Below are positions 61,170 to 64,000 of a stretch of DNA of 64,000 nt, one piece after another (position 1 is the first letter of the stretch; each line of letters starts with the position of its first letter). Both the position numbers and the translations under genes were made by a program. Where the stretch lies: NCBI RefSeq assembly GCF_035594765.1, contig NC_085846.1, forward strand, positions 104,705,190-104,769,189. The letters run 5' to 3'. Source of the stretch: Anolis carolinensis (taxonomy: Eukaryota). Below the pieces are notes generated by a model, which was not told the origin of the DNA, searched no databases, and was given only the letters and a program-made list of their open reading frames with translations.

Positions 61170-64000
61170 TGATTAGCATTCTATATTGCAGTTATGGATT
61201 TGTAACCTAGAGTTATGAAATTATATTTGGGGGTACTTCACACTAGTGGTATAGTCCAGTTTAACTGACATGGAACATCCTATGGAATCTTAGGATTGGC
61301 AGTCTTGAGAAAGGAATTTAGGATTCTTAATCAGAGAACTCTTGGGCCTCACTAAACAACAAAACCCCAGAATTCCACTGGATATTACCATGGTGGTTAA
61401 AGTATATTATATTATAGCACCATAAGAGTGTAATTGTGATAAGGTTCTAAGGGTGCATTTGCACTGTAGAATTAATGCAGATTCACACCAGTTTAACCAC
61501 CACAGCTCAATGAATTTGTAATCCTGCTTTGTCTGAAACAGTCCTTAGTCAGGGGGCTGAGTTCTACAGAGTTCTAACCTCCCCTCTTCCCTGTGAAGAC
61601 GTGATGACTGTGAAGACAGACAACTGGGACCACAGATGGCAATCCCAGGTGTCTCTCCTCACAGGCCCTGTACCTCCAAAGATCCAAACCTTCATGGGAC
61701 CCTGGTTTAGCTCTTACCCATTACAATCAAAACCTTATCTTGGGCCCAAATCTTAATCACTGGTTTTTTGGACTAGAAGTGTGTTGAGAAAGGATGTACC
61801 AATGATTATTTTTCACTAAATGGATGTAGAAAATGGAGAAAATATAACTACCAGACAATGTGAAGCCTTTAGATTAGACAACATAGATTGTTGTTATCTT
61901 TTTATGTTTAGGATGTAGTAGTAGTATTCTAGAAAAAGTATTTTTAATATTTTGTTGTTGATATGGTTTTGTTTTTTGTGTGTTTGTATGTAGGTTTTGT
62001 TTTAATTTATCTAAATAAAAAATAATTACATGGAAAAATACATCTCTGGACAGGGATTCAAGAATCTGAATTTGGCAGTCCTCCCCTATGGACTTGCATT
62101 GGATAATCCAAATGGTTGTATATACCCTTTTCTTTTCACACATCGACATCAAATTTGGAGAGATGGTAAACCCTAAAATGTAGCCTGGTTTCAGAGAAGC
62201 CTGCTCATTCCCATTAGTGAGTTCAAGAGATAATAATCTGAGCTTGTTTATATCTTGCTTTAAAATATTGTGAAAACTTTATCCTACATGACACTAGTGG
62301 CACATTTTCCTTATACAATACTCCAAAATATTGTGAAAACTAGAAATAGAGAGTACATTCCAGAAAGTGTCAGAGGCAAAATATAAGAGAAAATTAAATG
62401 CCTAACCAAGTCCAGATGTCTACTTTTTGTAATGAAAAGGCACAGGAGGAAACCTGGAACCTGTCATGCAATTTGGGGCACGAATCCCTCCAGCAACAGG
62501 GTTTTGAAACAGGGTTATGTGAGGTCATCCAAGTGTATTTATTATCTATTACAATATTTCTATCTAAAGATCTCAGTCCAATGTACAGTAAACCCAATGT
62601 GACCAATTTAGCCATGCCATAATAAAATGATTTTAAAAGGTTAGAACATATTAAACCATTTAATAAGGTAAAAGTACAAATTAAAGGTGGTTAAAATACA
62701 CTTTGCTCTCCATGTCCCTGGATTCTGTATCCAAGAATTTAACAGCAAAAAAATCCCAGGTCTAACACATGTCTTGCCACATGTGTTGTTTAATTAAATT
62801 TCTCCTCCCAGTGTCAGGAGATCACGAAACAGCTGTGATGAAGTGGAGGGGTTAATTGTCATCCAATTTGATATTGCCGGGTCTTTTAATTTCATCTAGT
62901 TTGAATAGCCCAGCTTAATCTTCTGCTTGTCTTCCTTGTTAATTTGTCTGCTCAATAACTCTCTGTGTATTTTGCAAAGCGAAATATACTTTCCTCACCT
63001 CTTGTGGTTGTTACTTAGGTGTTCAACGGAAGACAGCTTGAATTTCGGCAGAATATTTTCTGCAGAACTTGGAGGTTGATGTGGTTCATGAGATTGCTAT
63101 CTTCCTTTGCTATTTTGCAGCAACCAAACAGGGGTAAATTAACAGCTCATTATACTGCCAGGAGTCTGCTCAAGTACATTCAGAGGCAGTAATGTCTCAG
63201 TAGCAAGAGAATAGAAACAAGATCCACAAGTCAAGAATAGAGGATGTTTAATTTCCTTTAATAGAGGCATCAGGAATCTTAGACAGCCAATATGGCATCT
63301 TCCCTATACTAGCTAGATAGGAAGGATAAATAACAGGAAAATAAAGTTAAAAGACAGGGATTGCCAATAAACAATGAATTAAAAGATGGAGAAATTATAT
63401 GTAACTGAATAGGAAAACAATTAGCATAAAGCAGCTATTCCAACTGAGATGTTTTACAGACCATTTGGCAATATTGGCATCCTAGGCGCTCATGCAACCA
63501 AATGAAAGTATACCCACTATCAAAACTGGGGAAGCTTGAAGCGTTCTCTTTCTCTCTCCATTCATCTTATTTTCTTAATGCCATTTACCTCCCTGTTCCT
63601 CACAATGCATGCTTTCAAGAGAGGCTCTATCTTTCCCTATGTATACCTATGTACACAAAACATCCATCCTGAATCAATGGTAGATTTCCTCACCCTTCTT
63701 CATTACTACTGACAAAACAAGCATATGAGGTCCACATTTAACCCCATCATTACATTCTATGGATTTTCATAGCCCCTCACATTTGGGGGTGTTAATTTCT
63801 GCATTGGGAAATATTTTCTATCAGAAGAGCACCCACACTTTTTAAGGCTCCTGAAGAAATTCTGGAGAAATAGGAAACATAAAAAACAAGAAAGGAACAA
63901 AGAAAATCTGCTCGTCCCTAATTGGCTGCCAAGTTCTAGGCTGAAATGCTCAAATTAACTTCCTTCTCAGGTTTTTCCAATGAAGTCATTAGAACAGCTC

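Overview
Vertebrate, almost certainly squamate, non-coding DNA. The repeat set (Sauria SINE, L2-tailed Anolis-type SINE, Bov-B, SPIN-type MITE) points to an anole lizard; this is an inference. It reads as a large intron or intergenic region. I cannot support any host protein-coding exon. Every recognisable peptide in the ORF track is a retrotransposon relic (Bov-B RT, CR1, L2, R4-clade endonuclease). The window is a mosaic of often nested mobile elements, many with readable TIRs and target-site duplications, separated by repeat-poor stretches that may hold conserved non-coding elements. There is one assembly gap (19272-19501). The most interesting signals are RNA-structural: (1) an intact minimal hammerhead ribozyme in an inverted Penelope terminal repeat (33727-33767, minus strand); (2) an ~90-nt domain with compensatory stems shared between two SINE families with different LINE tails (38934-39026 vs Sauria SINE); (3) a decayed HDV-like ribozyme fold inside a tRNA-headed SINE (60971-61048). 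Also notable are non-autonomous hATs carrying composite cargo (R4/CR1 tandem units, promoter-like motifs, a CTCF core) and DNA transposon relics resembling mammalian MER113, Tigger4/MER46 and URR1/SPIN. Family names come from remembered consensus sequences and need a RepeatMasker/Dfam check.
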